Shown here: positions 36,675 to 46,783 of the stretch, piece by piece
How positions within the stretch are numbered: the first letter of the stretch is position 1
How the letters are laid out: the number at the start of each line of letters is the position of its first letter
Origin: Ignavibacteria bacterium
Lineage (GTDB): Bacteria; Bacteroidota; Ignavibacteria; Kapaibacteriales; Kapaibacteriaceae
DNA length: 64,000 nt
Assembly: GCA_016873895.1 (NCBI GenBank)
Contig: VGVV01000002.1
Coordinates: 314,152 to 378,151, forward strand
Reading direction: 5' to 3'
The notes under the pieces: model-generated
What the model was told of the DNA's origin: nothing
Databases searched by the model: none
The model's input: only the letters and a program-made list of their open reading frames with translations
Made by a program: the position numbers and the translations under genes

Positions 36675-37601
36675 TTAGTACATAACAAGTATCAAAACGC
36701 CAATAACACTGATCACCGCACCAAGCACCGAACGCAAGCGTAGGGGCTCATGATACACGATGCGGGCGATGATCATAACGACGAATGGTACTAACGAAAA
36801 AATGGTCTGTGCAATGGCAGCCGGAAGTTGCTGTGCTGCTAGCAGTGATAACGTAACTCCAATCACTGGTCCTGAAAGTGCACCCAAGAGCATAGCATTA
36901 CGCGAAGGCGAGTCGCTAAATGCATCTCTAAGCGGACGATGTGGGGCACGTCGGAGCACATCAAGCGCATATGTTGCCATAAAGCCGATCGTCATCCGCA
37001 CGAACGTAGCGTGAAAAGGTGCAATCATGGCCAAGCCGGAATCAGACATCATACCCTTCTTTGCAAGCACCAAACCTACCCCTTGGAAAATTGCGCCACC
37101 AACCCCGAGAACTGCACCCCAGAAGAACGAGCCATAGCCTTCGTTTGCCACGTCATCCTTCTCTTGCGATGAATACGTAGCTGTGATCACGCCAACAAGA
37201 GTAATGGTGATTCCGGCGATATCGATCAGGGATATGTGCTCGTTGAGTAGCAATAGAGCCGCAGCTGCAGCAGCAGCTGGCGAAAGTGTACCTATAACGC
37301 TCTGACGCCGGGCACCAAGAATGCGCAACGATGTAAATCCAAACAGGTCGCCAATTGTAAGTCCGACAATTCCACTCAGACCTAGCCACAACCACGATTG
37401 AAATGTGGTGCGTGTTACGATCTCCCATGGCCATGCTACAACCGTAACGCTCGCCAAGATCAGTGTGGCGCAAACGGCAAGCATCAGACGTGCCCGATTC
37501 AATAATCCGGGGTCGATTTTGCGAGAGGCGCGAAGGAAAGCAAACGTACCTACGCTCCAAGAGAGAAGCGTTCCTGTAGCTGCAAGGAATCCTAGGAACA
37601 T
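36675..37601 (-). CDS. DMT superfamily (EamA-like) transporter
   Basis: 308 aa with 10 TM helices in two EamA-like halves. Confidence 0.7.
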   Translation of the reverse strand: MFLGFLAATGTLLSWSVGTFAFLRASRKIDPGLLNRARLMLAVCATLILASVTVVAWPWEIVTRTTFQSWLWLGLSGIVGLTIGDLFGFTSLRILGARRQSVIGTLSPAAAAAAALLLLNEHISLIDIAGITITLVGVITATYSSQEKDDVANEGYGSFFWGAVLGVGGAIFQGVGLVLAKKGMMSDSGLAMIAPFHATFVRMTIGFMATYALDVLRRAPHRPLRDAFSDSPSRNAMLLGALSGPVIGVTLSLLAAQQLPAAIAQTIFSLVPFVVMIIARIVYHEPLRLRSVLGAVISVIGVLILVMY

Positions 37602-37693
37602 GATGGAAGAGAGTGGAGAGTGGAGAATAGAGAATAGAGAGTAGAGAGAGAAGGGGCGAGTCCAAAAGAAATGGGCGCCGAAGCGCCCACTAC

Positions 37694-37789
37694 CTATTTA
37701 TTCTTCTTTTTGTGACGGTTCTTACGAAGCCGTTTTTTGCGCTTGTGCGTTGCCATTTTATGACGCTTGCGCTTCTTTCCGCATGGCAT
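37694..37789 (-). CDS. Small basic protein, bTHX-like ribosomal protein (AURKAIP1/COX24-domain family). It is absent from the ORF track.
   Basis: The minus-strand ORF is MPCGKKRKRHKMATHKRKKRLRKNRHKKKNK* (31 aa, about 60% K/R/H). The motif HKRKKRLRKNRHKKK is characteristic. An AGGA lies about 6 nt upstream of the ATG. Confidence 0.6.
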   Translation of the reverse strand: MPCGKKRKRHKMATHKRKKRLRKNRHKKKNK

Positions 37790-37827
37790 GATGTTCCTCG
37801 TTTGTGTCGTTTAACAAAAATTCGATT

Positions 37828-38421
37828 TTATGTCGTTGTCTCTAATTGTTGAACAGCTAAAGCTGCACGTTTTCCGATGTCAGACGCAGGGTCTGCTTTG
37901 TAGCATTCTCTAAACGTTTCCAAAGCTTTCTCCGTATTGCTCTCTTCAATGTACATAACCGCAAGATTGAAGAGTGCCGACTGGTTCTTCGGTTCCTTGG
38001 CTATGACTGCCAGCAAGACGTTCTTACCTTTTTCAACATTGCCCGACTGAAACAGTGCGTACGCATAATCGATACGAACTGCTGTCTTGGACGGATCTAT
38101 GCTCGTGAGAAACGTCTCGTAATACTGTGCCGCCTTATCAAATTGTCCAAGATCGTAACTGACATTCCCGGCTGAAATTACCATCATGCTGTCGAGCGGA
38201 TGGGTCGCAATCGAGTCTTCCAGTGTTTTCAATAATTCCGCCATGCGCTTTTGACGCAGGGCAGCCTCTCGTTCCACAGCCCGCTGCTTTGCCAGCGGAG
38301 CACCCTCTTCCTGCGCTTGTTGCAAGGCAAGCCTACTGAGTGCATATGATCCTCCAGAAACAACTACCACCAATGCTATGGCCAGAGCCACGGCATTGCC
38401 GCTACTGGAGGTGCCCATCAC
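37828..38421 (-). CDS. TPR-repeat protein (membrane-anchored)
   Basis: An N-terminal TM/signal segment, then TPR repeats (AQYYETFL..., YAYALFQSGN..., LFNLAVMY). Confidence 0.55.
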   Translation of the reverse strand: MMGTSSSGNAVALAIALVVVVSGGSYALSRLALQQAQEEGAPLAKQRAVEREAALRQKRMAELLKTLEDSIATHPLDSMMVISAGNVSYDLGQFDKAAQYYETFLTSIDPSKTAVRIDYAYALFQSGNVEKGKNVLLAVIAKEPKNQSALFNLAVMYIEESNTEKALETFRECYKADPASDIGKRAALAVQQLETTT

Positions 38422-38744
38422 TGCGTATCAGGTGTGTTCTGTGAAGTAGAGCCGGCACGGAGCTTGTCGTGAACCTTCTCCTGAAACTCAGAACTAACTT
38501 TAAACGCTGGGATGAAGCGTTCCTCGAGTGGCACGGGATCCCCAGTACGAGGGTTCCGAGCCATGCGAGGCTTCCTGCTCTTGACACTAAAAACGCCAAA
38601 GCCACGGAGTTCTATTCTGTGACCTTCTGCAAGTGCGCCAATGATGCTGAGGAGGAAGCCATCGACTACCGCCTTCGTCTCGAGCTTTGTAAGCCCAGTC
38701 TCACCGGCGATCTTATCGACGATATCAGCTTTCGTGACGTTCAA
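38418..38744 (-). CDS. HU/IHF-family DNA-binding protein
   Basis: 108 aa that begins MNVTKADIVDKIAGETGLTK. It has the beta-arm motif (GFGVFSVKSRKPRMARNPRTGDPV). Confidence 0.8.
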   Translation of the reverse strand: MNVTKADIVDKIAGETGLTKLETKAVVDGFLLSIIGALAEGHRIELRGFGVFSVKSRKPRMARNPRTGDPVPLEERFIPAFKVSSEFQEKVHDKLRAGSTSQNTPDTQ

Positions 38745-38977
38745 CCTGACCTCTTTAAACAGGATACAATAGTGTTACTGTGTTTGCGTGATTTAGACGG
38801 CATAAGTCACCTACGTTCTGCGGATGGCAAACATACGAAAGCCCCTTATTCTGCACAACCTTAGCCGTGGCCATGGCATCTAATTCCTATCTTTGTGGTT
38901 CGTTACGTATTGGAGGAAGAGTGACCTGGTCCAAGGAATCGATCTCAGTCCAGGAGCAACAAGTGCAACTGTCGCTC

Positions 38978-39757
38978 ATGAATTCTGGTCGCATGCCAAA
39001 GCATGTGGCAGTTATCATGGATGGCAATGGCCGATGGGCAGAAGAGCGTGGCAAACCGCGATTTGAGGGGCACCGAGAGGGCATGGAGCGCGTGCGCTCT
39101 ACCGTGAAGACATGCTCCAAGCTCGGCGTGTCCTACCTTACACTGTATGCGTTTTCCATCGAGAATTGGAAGCGCCCTGTGCCAGAAGTGCGTTTTCTGA
39201 TGTCACTTTTGGAATCCTACCTTGTACGAGAGGTCGACGAACTAGATGCCAACAACGTGCGAATCTGCGCCATCGGAAAGATAAATGCACTACCCAAAGC
39301 CGTGCAGAAGATTCTGCAGTCTGCCATGGAGCGCACAAAAAAGAATGATGGTCTTACATTAACACTAGCGCTTAGCTATGGGTCGCGTTGGGACATCCAA
39401 CGGGCGGTGCAGGTAATGGCAATGGATGTTCGCAGAGGCAAGCTATCTCCCGAGGACCTTACTGAGCAGACACTTGCTAGTTATCTGCAGACTTCTGGAA
39501 TGCCTGATCCTGACTTAATCATCCGAACGAGTGGAGAGATGCGCTTGAGCAATTTTCTTCTCTGGGAGGCGGCATATGCAGAGTTGTACGTAACAGAAAC
39601 ACTCTGGCCTGAGTTTACAGAGCAAGAGCTCTACAAGGGGCTTGCCAGCTATGTTTTGCGTGAACGCCGTTTTGGTAAGACATCTGCCCAGGTGCAACCT
39701 GAGAGCCAAGCGCAGTCACGATCTACTCTGGAACGGATTCTTGATGCGCTTACGTAA
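38978..39757 (+). CDS. uppS: Undecaprenyl diphosphate synthase
   Basis: HVAVIMDGNGRWA and LTLYAFSIENWKRP are present, with C-terminal RFG. The start was chosen about 20 aa before the DGNGRWA motif. Confidence 0.85.
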   Translation: MNSGRMPKHVAVIMDGNGRWAEERGKPRFEGHREGMERVRSTVKTCSKLGVSYLTLYAFSIENWKRPVPEVRFLMSLLESYLVREVDELDANNVRICAIGKINALPKAVQKILQSAMERTKKNDGLTLTLALSYGSRWDIQRAVQVMAMDVRRGKLSPEDLTEQTLASYLQTSGMPDPDLIIRTSGEMRLSNFLLWEAAYAELYVTETLWPEFTEQELYKGLASYVLRERRFGKTSAQVQPESQAQSRSTLERILDALT

Positions 39758-42128
39758 TCCTGCGCTGCTGTTTGTCGTGATTCTGATGCTGGGTACAAAG
39801 GCCATTCAGGCGCAAGCACCCCAACAGCGCAGTCCAATTATCGCAGGCATCACTGTAGAAGGCCTTACCCAAGGGGCAGACATGCAAACCGTGATTGCCT
39901 ATTCGGGATTGCGCGTTGGGCAAGAGGCACGTCCAGACGACCTCATGAACGCGGTGAAAAATCTCTGGAACCGCAGAACGTTTAACGACGTCAAGATTGA
40001 AAAAGAGCGCGAAACAGCACTTGGCGTGTTCCTTGTGATTAAGGTGGCTCCAATGCCTCGGGTGAGAAATGTTACCATTATTGGTAACGACGAAGTTTCG
40101 ATTTCGGAGATCATGAAGGTAATGGACAAGCGCTTTGGCGATATCCTCTCGCCGTATGATGAGTACCTTGTTCGCGAATCCATTCGTAAGCTCTACGCAA
40201 AAGAAGGCCTGCTCTTTGCTCGTGTAAAAACAACGACAACATCTGCAGACTCAGCAAACTTCTACGACCTCGACATTGAGATCGACGAGGGGGTTGAGTT
40301 CTCGGTTGCTCACATCGAGGTAGAGGGTAACGATACATACACAGACAATCAGATAGCTAAGGCATTTGAAGACACGCAGACGAAAAGCTGGTGGGAGATC
40401 TGGAAGTCTTCAAAGTTCGATGCCGCCAAGTATGAGGAAGACAAGAAGAAGTTAGCTACGTGGTTCCTCGATAACGGTTTGCTTGATGCCGAAATTCTGG
40501 GCGATACCGTACTGTTTAACGATGAGCAACAAACAGTTACCATCGTTCTACGCATCAAGGAAGGTAAAAAGTACTACGTACGGAACGTACAGTTTACTGG
40601 CCAAACAATCTACGCAGAGAACATTCTCTTGCGTCAGCTTGGCATTGAGAAGGGCGAGGTCTACAACGACACAAAGTTCCGTCAGCAAATTGAAATCAAC
40701 GAAGATCAATCAGATGTAAAATCGCTATACGCAGACAATGGGTACTTAGCAGCCAGGATTGAACCTGAGATTCTGCGTGTGGCAGAGGACAGCATTGACA
40801 TCGTCGTTCGTATCGTTGAAGGCGATCAATACACAGTGCGCCGCGTTGAAATCGTTGGCAACACAAAAACGCGCGATCGTGTCATCCGACGTGAGCTTTT
40901 TATTCGTCCGGGTGATTATTTCAATCGGGCAGCTCTGATACGCAGTATCAGGGGGCTTGGAGTCTTAAACTTCTTTAACCCAGAGGCGCTCAAGCCTCAG
41001 GTTACTCCCGTTGACAAAACCAAGGTAGATATCGTACTCAAAGTAGAGGAGCGCTCTACAGACACCTTTAACGCATCGGTAGGTTTTGCCGGTTCGTTTG
41101 GGCTTACAGCCTCGGTGGGTATTACCCTGAATAATTTCGACATCAGCGAGCCATTTAGCGGTGGCGCAGGACAGGTGTTGGCCTTGCAGTTCGAGCAAGG
41201 TCAGCAAACACGCCTGCAAACCTTGCAGCTGTCGTTTACCGAGCCATGGTTGTTTGGCAAGCCAACGTCGATCGGTTTCAATATCTACGACACGAAGCAG
41301 AACTTTGTTTTCAATACACGTAGAACAGGCGCGCAAGTAAACTTTGGCCGACGTCTACGCTGGCCCGATGATTACTTCCGTGCCGATTGGAGTATGTCGT
41401 TCGAACGTATCGAATCCGACATCGATAACATTTGGTCGCGAGCTGGTGTAAATACCGGTCTGATCTTCTCACAAACCATATCTCGTACCAGTTTCGACAA
41501 TATCATATTTCCAACCTCTGGTTCACGGTTCTCGTTGGCTCTGCGCGGAACAGCAGCTGCGCTCGGCATCGGTACGACAGACTTTGGCAAGATTGGTATG
41601 AATTTCGACATGGTAAATCCGTTGCTTCAAATCGGCGGAAATAATCGTCTTGTGCTCTTCATGGGATCTGAGATTGGCTACGTCAGTGGCATACGAGTAG
41701 ACACAACCATGCCGCCTAGTGAGCTATACTACATGGGTGGCAATGGTCTTGGTGGGTTTAATGTAACGCCATTACGGGGCTATCCAGATAACTCAATTGG
41801 ACCAAGCAGGGGAGGCGCAGACGGCGGACGCCCAACACCACAAGGTGGTCGTGTGCTGTCGCGTTTTGTAACAGAGCTTCGTTTTGCACTAACTCTCAGC
41901 CCCTTCCCAATCTATTTACTTAGTTTTGCCGAAGCTGGAAATGTCTGGGCAAGCTTAAAAGAAGCGGATCCGTTCAATCTCAAGCGTTCGGTTGGTGTGG
42001 GCATGCGATTGCTCTTGCAGCCGATCGGATTGCTTGGTTTTGACGTTGGATATGGCTTCGACGATAACCCCATCATTCCGGGCTATCAGCGTTCTGGGTG
42101 GCAGTTTCACTTCCAGTTCGGTCGCTGA
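39744..42128 (+). CDS. bamA: Outer membrane protein assembly factor BamA
   Basis: A signal peptide, five POTRA-like repeats and a C-terminal Omp85 barrel ending ...QFHFQFGR. Confidence 0.85.
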   Translation: MRLRNPALLFVVILMLGTKAIQAQAPQQRSPIIAGITVEGLTQGADMQTVIAYSGLRVGQEARPDDLMNAVKNLWNRRTFNDVKIEKERETALGVFLVIKVAPMPRVRNVTIIGNDEVSISEIMKVMDKRFGDILSPYDEYLVRESIRKLYAKEGLLFARVKTTTTSADSANFYDLDIEIDEGVEFSVAHIEVEGNDTYTDNQIAKAFEDTQTKSWWEIWKSSKFDAAKYEEDKKKLATWFLDNGLLDAEILGDTVLFNDEQQTVTIVLRIKEGKKYYVRNVQFTGQTIYAENILLRQLGIEKGEVYNDTKFRQQIEINEDQSDVKSLYADNGYLAARIEPEILRVAEDSIDIVVRIVEGDQYTVRRVEIVGNTKTRDRVIRRELFIRPGDYFNRAALIRSIRGLGVLNFFNPEALKPQVTPVDKTKVDIVLKVEERSTDTFNASVGFAGSFGLTASVGITLNNFDISEPFSGGAGQVLALQFEQGQQTRLQTLQLSFTEPWLFGKPTSIGFNIYDTKQNFVFNTRRTGAQVNFGRRLRWPDDYFRADWSMSFERIESDIDNIWSRAGVNTGLIFSQTISRTSFDNIIFPTSGSRFSLALRGTAAALGIGTTDFGKIGMNFDMVNPLLQIGGNNRLVLFMGSEIGYVSGIRVDTTMPPSELYYMGGNGLGGFNVTPLRGYPDNSIGPSRGGADGGRPTPQGGRVLSRFVTELRFALTLSPFPIYLLSFAEAGNVWASLKEADPFNLKRSVGVGMRLLLQPIGLLGFDVGYGFDDNPIIPGYQRSGWQFHFQFGR

Positions 42129-42184
42129 ACAACAGGTATGTAACAGGTCAAAAAATGTATAACGTTTTACAACAGGATACCATC

Positions 42185-42700
42185 ATGACGGTTCGACTCA
42201 TCATTGTTACTTTAGCAGCAATTATCACAACTACAGCAGTTGGCGCACAGAATTACAAAATCGGTGTAGTAAACACCGAGGTTATCATGAAAGAGCTTCC
42301 CGAAACAGTAAAGGCAAGCAAGGCTATCGAAGAGCAGCAGTTAAAATACCGCGATACGCTGCAAATGATGCAGAAGGAATTTGAATCACGTGCTGAAAAC
42401 TACGGTAAGCAGGAAGCCATGATGACTGCTGATGCCAAGCGCAAGGAACAAGAGGCTCTGATGGCTCTGCAGCAGCGCTTCCGCGCATATCAGGAAGAGA
42501 AGACTGTTGAAATGAAGAAGATGCAGGAAGACCTGTTGCAGCCGATTCGTCAAAAGGTTACCGACGCAATCAATGCCGTTGCCAAGGAAGAGAAGCTTAC
42601 AATTGTTCTCGAGAAAGCCTTTGGTCTTGTACTGTATAGTGAAGACAAGGCTGATGTGACATACAAGGTGCTCGACCGGATGAAGCGTGGCAGCAACTAA
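42185..42700 (+). CDS. OmpH/Skp periplasmic chaperone (copy 1)
   Basis: A signal peptide then a coiled-coil-rich ~150 aa, lying downstream of bamA. Confidence 0.7.
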   Translation: MTVRLIIVTLAAIITTTAVGAQNYKIGVVNTEVIMKELPETVKASKAIEEQQLKYRDTLQMMQKEFESRAENYGKQEAMMTADAKRKEQEALMALQQRFRAYQEEKTVEMKKMQEDLLQPIRQKVTDAINAVAKEEKLTIVLEKAFGLVLYSEDKADVTYKVLDRMKRGSN

Positions 42701-42760
42701 TGGATTCACACCATTTGCGATTGTGAAACGTTGCTCCTAGCACACAATCGGAGTATTACC

Positions 42761-43549
42761 ATGAGATATTGGATCGTAAGCATACTTTCCCTTTTGTGCG
42801 CAGCAGAGCTTGCAGCGCAGAAGATCGGTTACGTTTCGACAGATGCGGTCCGTGCACAATATGAGTCGAATAAGCAGGCGCAAGAACGTTTGGATGCCTA
42901 CGTAGACGAGTGGAAACAGGAGCTTGCTCAACGTCAGCGCGATATCGATGAGCTGGATCTTGAGATTAAGAAGAACCGCCTGATATGGAGCGATCAAGAA
43001 CGTGTTGCCAAAGAGAAAGAGATTGATGAGAAGCGTCGCGAGAGTGACAACTTTGCGCGTATGAAATTCGAACCAGGCGGCGATCATGATCAGCAGGCTG
43101 AGCAGCTCTTTAAACCAATCTGGAATAAGGTGTATGCTGCCGTGCAGAAGGTAAGTGCCCAAGAGGGCTACGATATGGTATGGGACAAAAGCACGCAGCC
43201 GCTGGTATACGTGAACGCGAAGTACGATATCACTGTAAAAGTGATGAAAGAGCTTGGCATCGACGTAGGCGATCTCGAAGCAAAGCAGAAAGAAGCTATT
43301 GATGGAGACCCACGTAACAAGCGGCAGGAAGAACCTCGACGCCGTAAGTCTCGTAGAGCTACTACGGAACAGCTAACAACGTCATCTTCGCCCCAAGAGC
43401 CATCTACAACACCCATTACTACCCCCGCGGTACTCGATAACGGTTTGATGCCCAATGGTTTGCCACCTAACGGGCAAACACCGGGAATTGGTCCAGCCAG
43501 ATCGATGCCTAACCAAGAATCAGACACCACAGGCAAGGGGCCAAAGTAA
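42761..43549 (+). CDS. OmpH/Skp periplasmic chaperone (copy 2) with a low-complexity P/T/G-rich C-terminal tail
   Basis: A signal peptide ([20 protein letters not shown]), a coiled-coil core and a disordered C-terminus. Confidence 0.7.
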   Translation: MRYWIVSILSLLCAAELAAQKIGYVSTDAVRAQYESNKQAQERLDAYVDEWKQELAQRQRDIDELDLEIKKNRLIWSDQERVAKEKEIDEKRRESDNFARMKFEPGGDHDQQAEQLFKPIWNKVYAAVQKVSAQEGYDMVWDKSTQPLVYVNAKYDITVKVMKELGIDVGDLEAKQKEAIDGDPRNKRQEEPRRRKSRRATTEQLTTSSSPQEPSTTPITTPAVLDNGLMPNGLPPNGQTPGIGPARSMPNQESDTTGKGPK

Positions 43550-44598
43550 TGTTGCAGATTGCTCCCAAAACGGTGAGTGATCTTGCGGCTGCACTTGGCG
43601 GGCAGGTTCGTGGACGTGACGACGTTGTTATCTCGTCTATTGCAGCTCTCTCAGTGGCTTCTACTGGCTCAATCTCATTTTATGGTTCAGATAATTTCCG
43701 AACGCAATTTCTCGCAACACAGGCCTCGTGTCTGCTTGTGCGTGATGCTGATGCAGATGCAGCCCCCTGTGCCTCTGTTATTGTGGTTGAGAATCCATAC
43801 CAGTCTTGCATCTCGTTGATTCAGCATTGCTATGTTCCTAGCAAGCTATCTCCGGGATATCGCTCTTCGAGCGCTTCGATAGATCCCACAGCCATAATTC
43901 ATGAATCAGCTGCTATAGGTCCTGGCTGTGTGGTCGGACGCGAATGTAGCATTGGTGAGAATGTTGAGTTGGTGGCTAATGTTGTTCTCTATCCGCGAAC
44001 AACAATTGCAGGCGGCACCACAGTGCATGCGAATGTTACGATCTATCAAGACACGGTTATTGGAGAGCATTGCATCATTCATGCTGGCTCTGTTGTAGGC
44101 GCAGATGGTTTTGGCTACGTGGAGTTATCGGATAAGAGTTATCAGAAGATCCCGCAAGTTGGCAATGTTGTTCTGGGTAGTTATGTCGAGATTGGCGCTA
44201 ACGTAACGATAGATCGCGCGGCGCTTGAATCTACAGTGATTGAAGATGGCGTAAAGATTGACAATCTTGTTCAGATTGCCCACGGAGTAAGAGTTGGTGA
44301 GAATACTGGCATTGCAGCGCAGGTAGGCATTGCCGGCTCCACTGTTATAGGAAAACGAAACAGGCTTGCAGGGCAGGTTGGTATTGCCGGACACACGACC
44401 ACTACGGACGATGTTGTAGTGATGGGGCAAACAGGTGTTACCAAGTCTATCGAAGTGCCAGGTGTCTATTCGGGTAATCCAGCGCAACCACATATGATAC
44501 AACTGCGCCAAGACGTCGCTCTCAAAGACATCGTAAGCATACAGCAGAAGTTGAATGAGTTATCTCTCGCTATCAAAGCGCTTGAATCGAAAGACTGA
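43549..44598 (+). CDS. lpxD: UDP-3-O-acylglucosamine N-acyltransferase
   Basis: Left-handed beta-helix hexapeptide repeats with an N-terminal LpxD domain. Confidence 0.85.
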   Translation: MLQIAPKTVSDLAAALGGQVRGRDDVVISSIAALSVASTGSISFYGSDNFRTQFLATQASCLLVRDADADAAPCASVIVVENPYQSCISLIQHCYVPSKLSPGYRSSSASIDPTAIIHESAAIGPGCVVGRECSIGENVELVANVVLYPRTTIAGGTTVHANVTIYQDTVIGEHCIIHAGSVVGADGFGYVELSDKSYQKIPQVGNVVLGSYVEIGANVTIDRAALESTVIEDGVKIDNLVQIAHGVRVGENTGIAAQVGIAGSTVIGKRNRLAGQVGIAGHTTTTDDVVVMGQTGVTKSIEVPGVYSGNPAQPHMIQLRQDVALKDIVSIQQKLNELSLAIKALESKD

Positions 44599-44601
44599 TA
44601 T

Positions 44602-46011
44602 ATGAGTATGAAGCAACGGACAATTGGAGCTGAAGTAACGATGGACGGTGTCGGACTCCACACCGGAAGTCTAACGTCCATGACCTTTAAACCTGCCGCT
44701 GAGAATACTGGTTATCGATTTGTGCGAGCTGATTTAGCGGGAAGTCCAGTAATCCCCGCAATAGTCGATAACGTAGTAGAGATTGCACGCGGCACAACTC
44801 TTGCAGTTGGTGAAGCCCGAGTTTATACAGTCGAGCATGTCTTGGCAGCACTTGTAGGCATGGGAGTAGACAACTGCACGATAGAGCTCACGAGTAATGA
44901 GCCCCCTGTTGGAGATGGCTCGTCGATGCCCTATGTTGAAATGATACAAAAGGCTGGAATTGTAGAGCAGCAAACGGTCCGTAACGAAATTATCATTGAC
45001 GAGCCCATTAGATATGTTGATGAGCAGCGGGGTACGGAAATCGTCGCGCTCCCCAACGATGATTTCCGCGTAACGGTGATGGTTGACTACAAGAATCCAG
45101 CTCTGGGCAGTCAGCACACCGGATTGTTCGATATGGACAAGGAATTCGTAACCGAGTTCGCACCGGCACGTACATTCTGCTTCCTTCACGAAGTTGTGGC
45201 CTTGCACAAACAGGGGCTTATTCAAGGGGGCAACCTAGATAATGCGATCGTTATCGTTGATCAGGAAATGTCGGATGAGGAGCTGCGTGCAACGTTAGCC
45301 TCGATGGGCGTTTTAGGAAATGCGGTTCTTGGAACCACCGGTTTTCTCAACAACAATGCACTGCGATATCCAAACGAACCCGCGCGGCACAAGCTTCTTG
45401 ATATGGTTGGCGATTTAGCCCTTGTTGGGTATCGCATTCGTGGTCAGGTGCTTGCGGCTTTGCCCGGACATGCAGCCAACATTGAGTTCGCGCGTAAGGT
45501 GCGCAAGAAGTACGAGGGTAAGCCAAGTCCACGTAGGTTCTCAACACATGCAGCCTCGACAGTTTTCGATGCTAATGCTATTCTGACGATGCTGCCGCAT
45601 CGTTATCCATTTTTAATGGTTGATCGAATAGTTGAGTTTGCACCGGAGCAGAACAAGATCATCGGGTTAAAGAATATTACGTCTAATGAACCCCAGTTCA
45701 TGGGACACTTCCCGAACAGACCAATATTCCCTGGTGTGCTCATCATGGAGGCCATGGCTCAAACTGGTTGCTTGCTGTTGATTTCCAAGGGGGTTGACCC
45801 CGATAGTAAACTCGTGGTCTTTACTGGGATGAATAATGTAAAGTTCCGCAGGGAGGTTGTTCCAGGCGATCAACTCGTGATGGAATTGGAAATGACTCGA
45901 TTCCGTTTCAATATTTGCCAGTTAGTAGGTCGTGCATATGTAGACGGACAGTTGGCTGCCGAGGCCGAGCTTCAGGCAGCAGTTGTTGACAGAGAGGTTG
46001 CTCCCAAATGA
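44602..46011 (+). CDS. lpxC/fabZ: Bifunctional UDP-3-O-acyl-GlcNAc deacetylase / 3-hydroxyacyl-ACP dehydratase (LpxC-FabZ fusion)
   Basis: An N-terminal LpxC domain, and a C-terminal FabZ hot-dog fold with the catalytic HFPNRPIFPGVL motif. Confidence 0.9.
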   Translation: MSMKQRTIGAEVTMDGVGLHTGSLTSMTFKPAAENTGYRFVRADLAGSPVIPAIVDNVVEIARGTTLAVGEARVYTVEHVLAALVGMGVDNCTIELTSNEPPVGDGSSMPYVEMIQKAGIVEQQTVRNEIIIDEPIRYVDEQRGTEIVALPNDDFRVTVMVDYKNPALGSQHTGLFDMDKEFVTEFAPARTFCFLHEVVALHKQGLIQGGNLDNAIVIVDQEMSDEELRATLASMGVLGNAVLGTTGFLNNNALRYPNEPARHKLLDMVGDLALVGYRIRGQVLAALPGHAANIEFARKVRKKYEGKPSPRRFSTHAASTVFDANAILTMLPHRYPFLMVDRIVEFAPEQNKIIGLKNITSNEPQFMGHFPNRPIFPGVLIMEAMAQTGCLLLISKGVDPDSKLVVFTGMNNVKFRREVVPGDQLVMELEMTRFRFNICQLVGRAYVDGQLAAEAELQAAVVDREVAPK

Positions 46012-46781
46012 TTCATAGTTCAGCAGTTGTTTCACCGAATGCGACGATAGGGCAAGGCGTTTCGATTGGTCCATTCTGTGTCGTTGAAGACGATGTCGTT
46101 ATCGGCGATCGCACCAGACTGCTGAGTCATGTAGTGTTGGGCAACGGTTCTCGTATCGGTACTGATGTCGTGATCCATCCGAGTGCAGTGATTGGCACGG
46201 CACCGCAGGATTTGAAATTTGCCAACGAGCCAACGCTTGCAATCATAGGCGACCGTACAGTGATTCGTGAATGTGTTACGGTAAATCGTGGCACTACGGC
46301 CAGTGGTAAGGCCAGTGTTGGCAGCGACTGCCTGCTTATGGCATACGTACATGTTGCACACGACTGCGTTGTGGGTGATCATGTTATCATGGCTAATGCT
46401 GTGCAGCTCGGTGGGCATGTAGAAGTAGGGGACTGGGCAATTCTGGGCGGCCATACAGGCGTTCATCAATTCTGCAGAATCGGTGCGCACAGCATGATTG
46501 GAGCATGTTCTCGCGTTGTCAAGGATGTTCCTCCGTTTACCCTCTGTGGACGTGAGCCGTTATCTGTGGAAGGTGTTAACGCAGTTGGACTGCGCAGGCG
46601 CGGTTTCTCGGCAGATGTTATAAGCTCGATAGATGAATTCTACCATACGCTTCTGCGTAGTGGTTTTAATAATTCGGACGGACTCCGTGCATATGAAGGA
46701 AATATGAATGGAGACATTACTGCCGAAGTTGATTACTGTATCGGCTTTGTTCGATCCTCTAAGCGCGGTATCTACCGCTAA
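46008..46781 (+). CDS. lpxA: Acyl-ACP--UDP-GlcNAc O-acyltransferase
   Basis: Hexapeptide-repeat LbH domain plus the LpxA C-terminal helical domain. Its start overlaps lpxC/fabZ by 4 nt. Confidence 0.9.
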   Translation: MIHSSAVVSPNATIGQGVSIGPFCVVEDDVVIGDRTRLLSHVVLGNGSRIGTDVVIHPSAVIGTAPQDLKFANEPTLAIIGDRTVIRECVTVNRGTTASGKASVGSDCLLMAYVHVAHDCVVGDHVIMANAVQLGGHVEVGDWAILGGHTGVHQFCRIGAHSMIGACSRVVKDVPPFTLCGREPLSVEGVNAVGLRRRGFSADVISSIDEFYHTLLRSGFNNSDGLRAYEGNMNGDITAEVDYCIGFVRSSKRGIYR

Positions 46782-46783
46782 TC

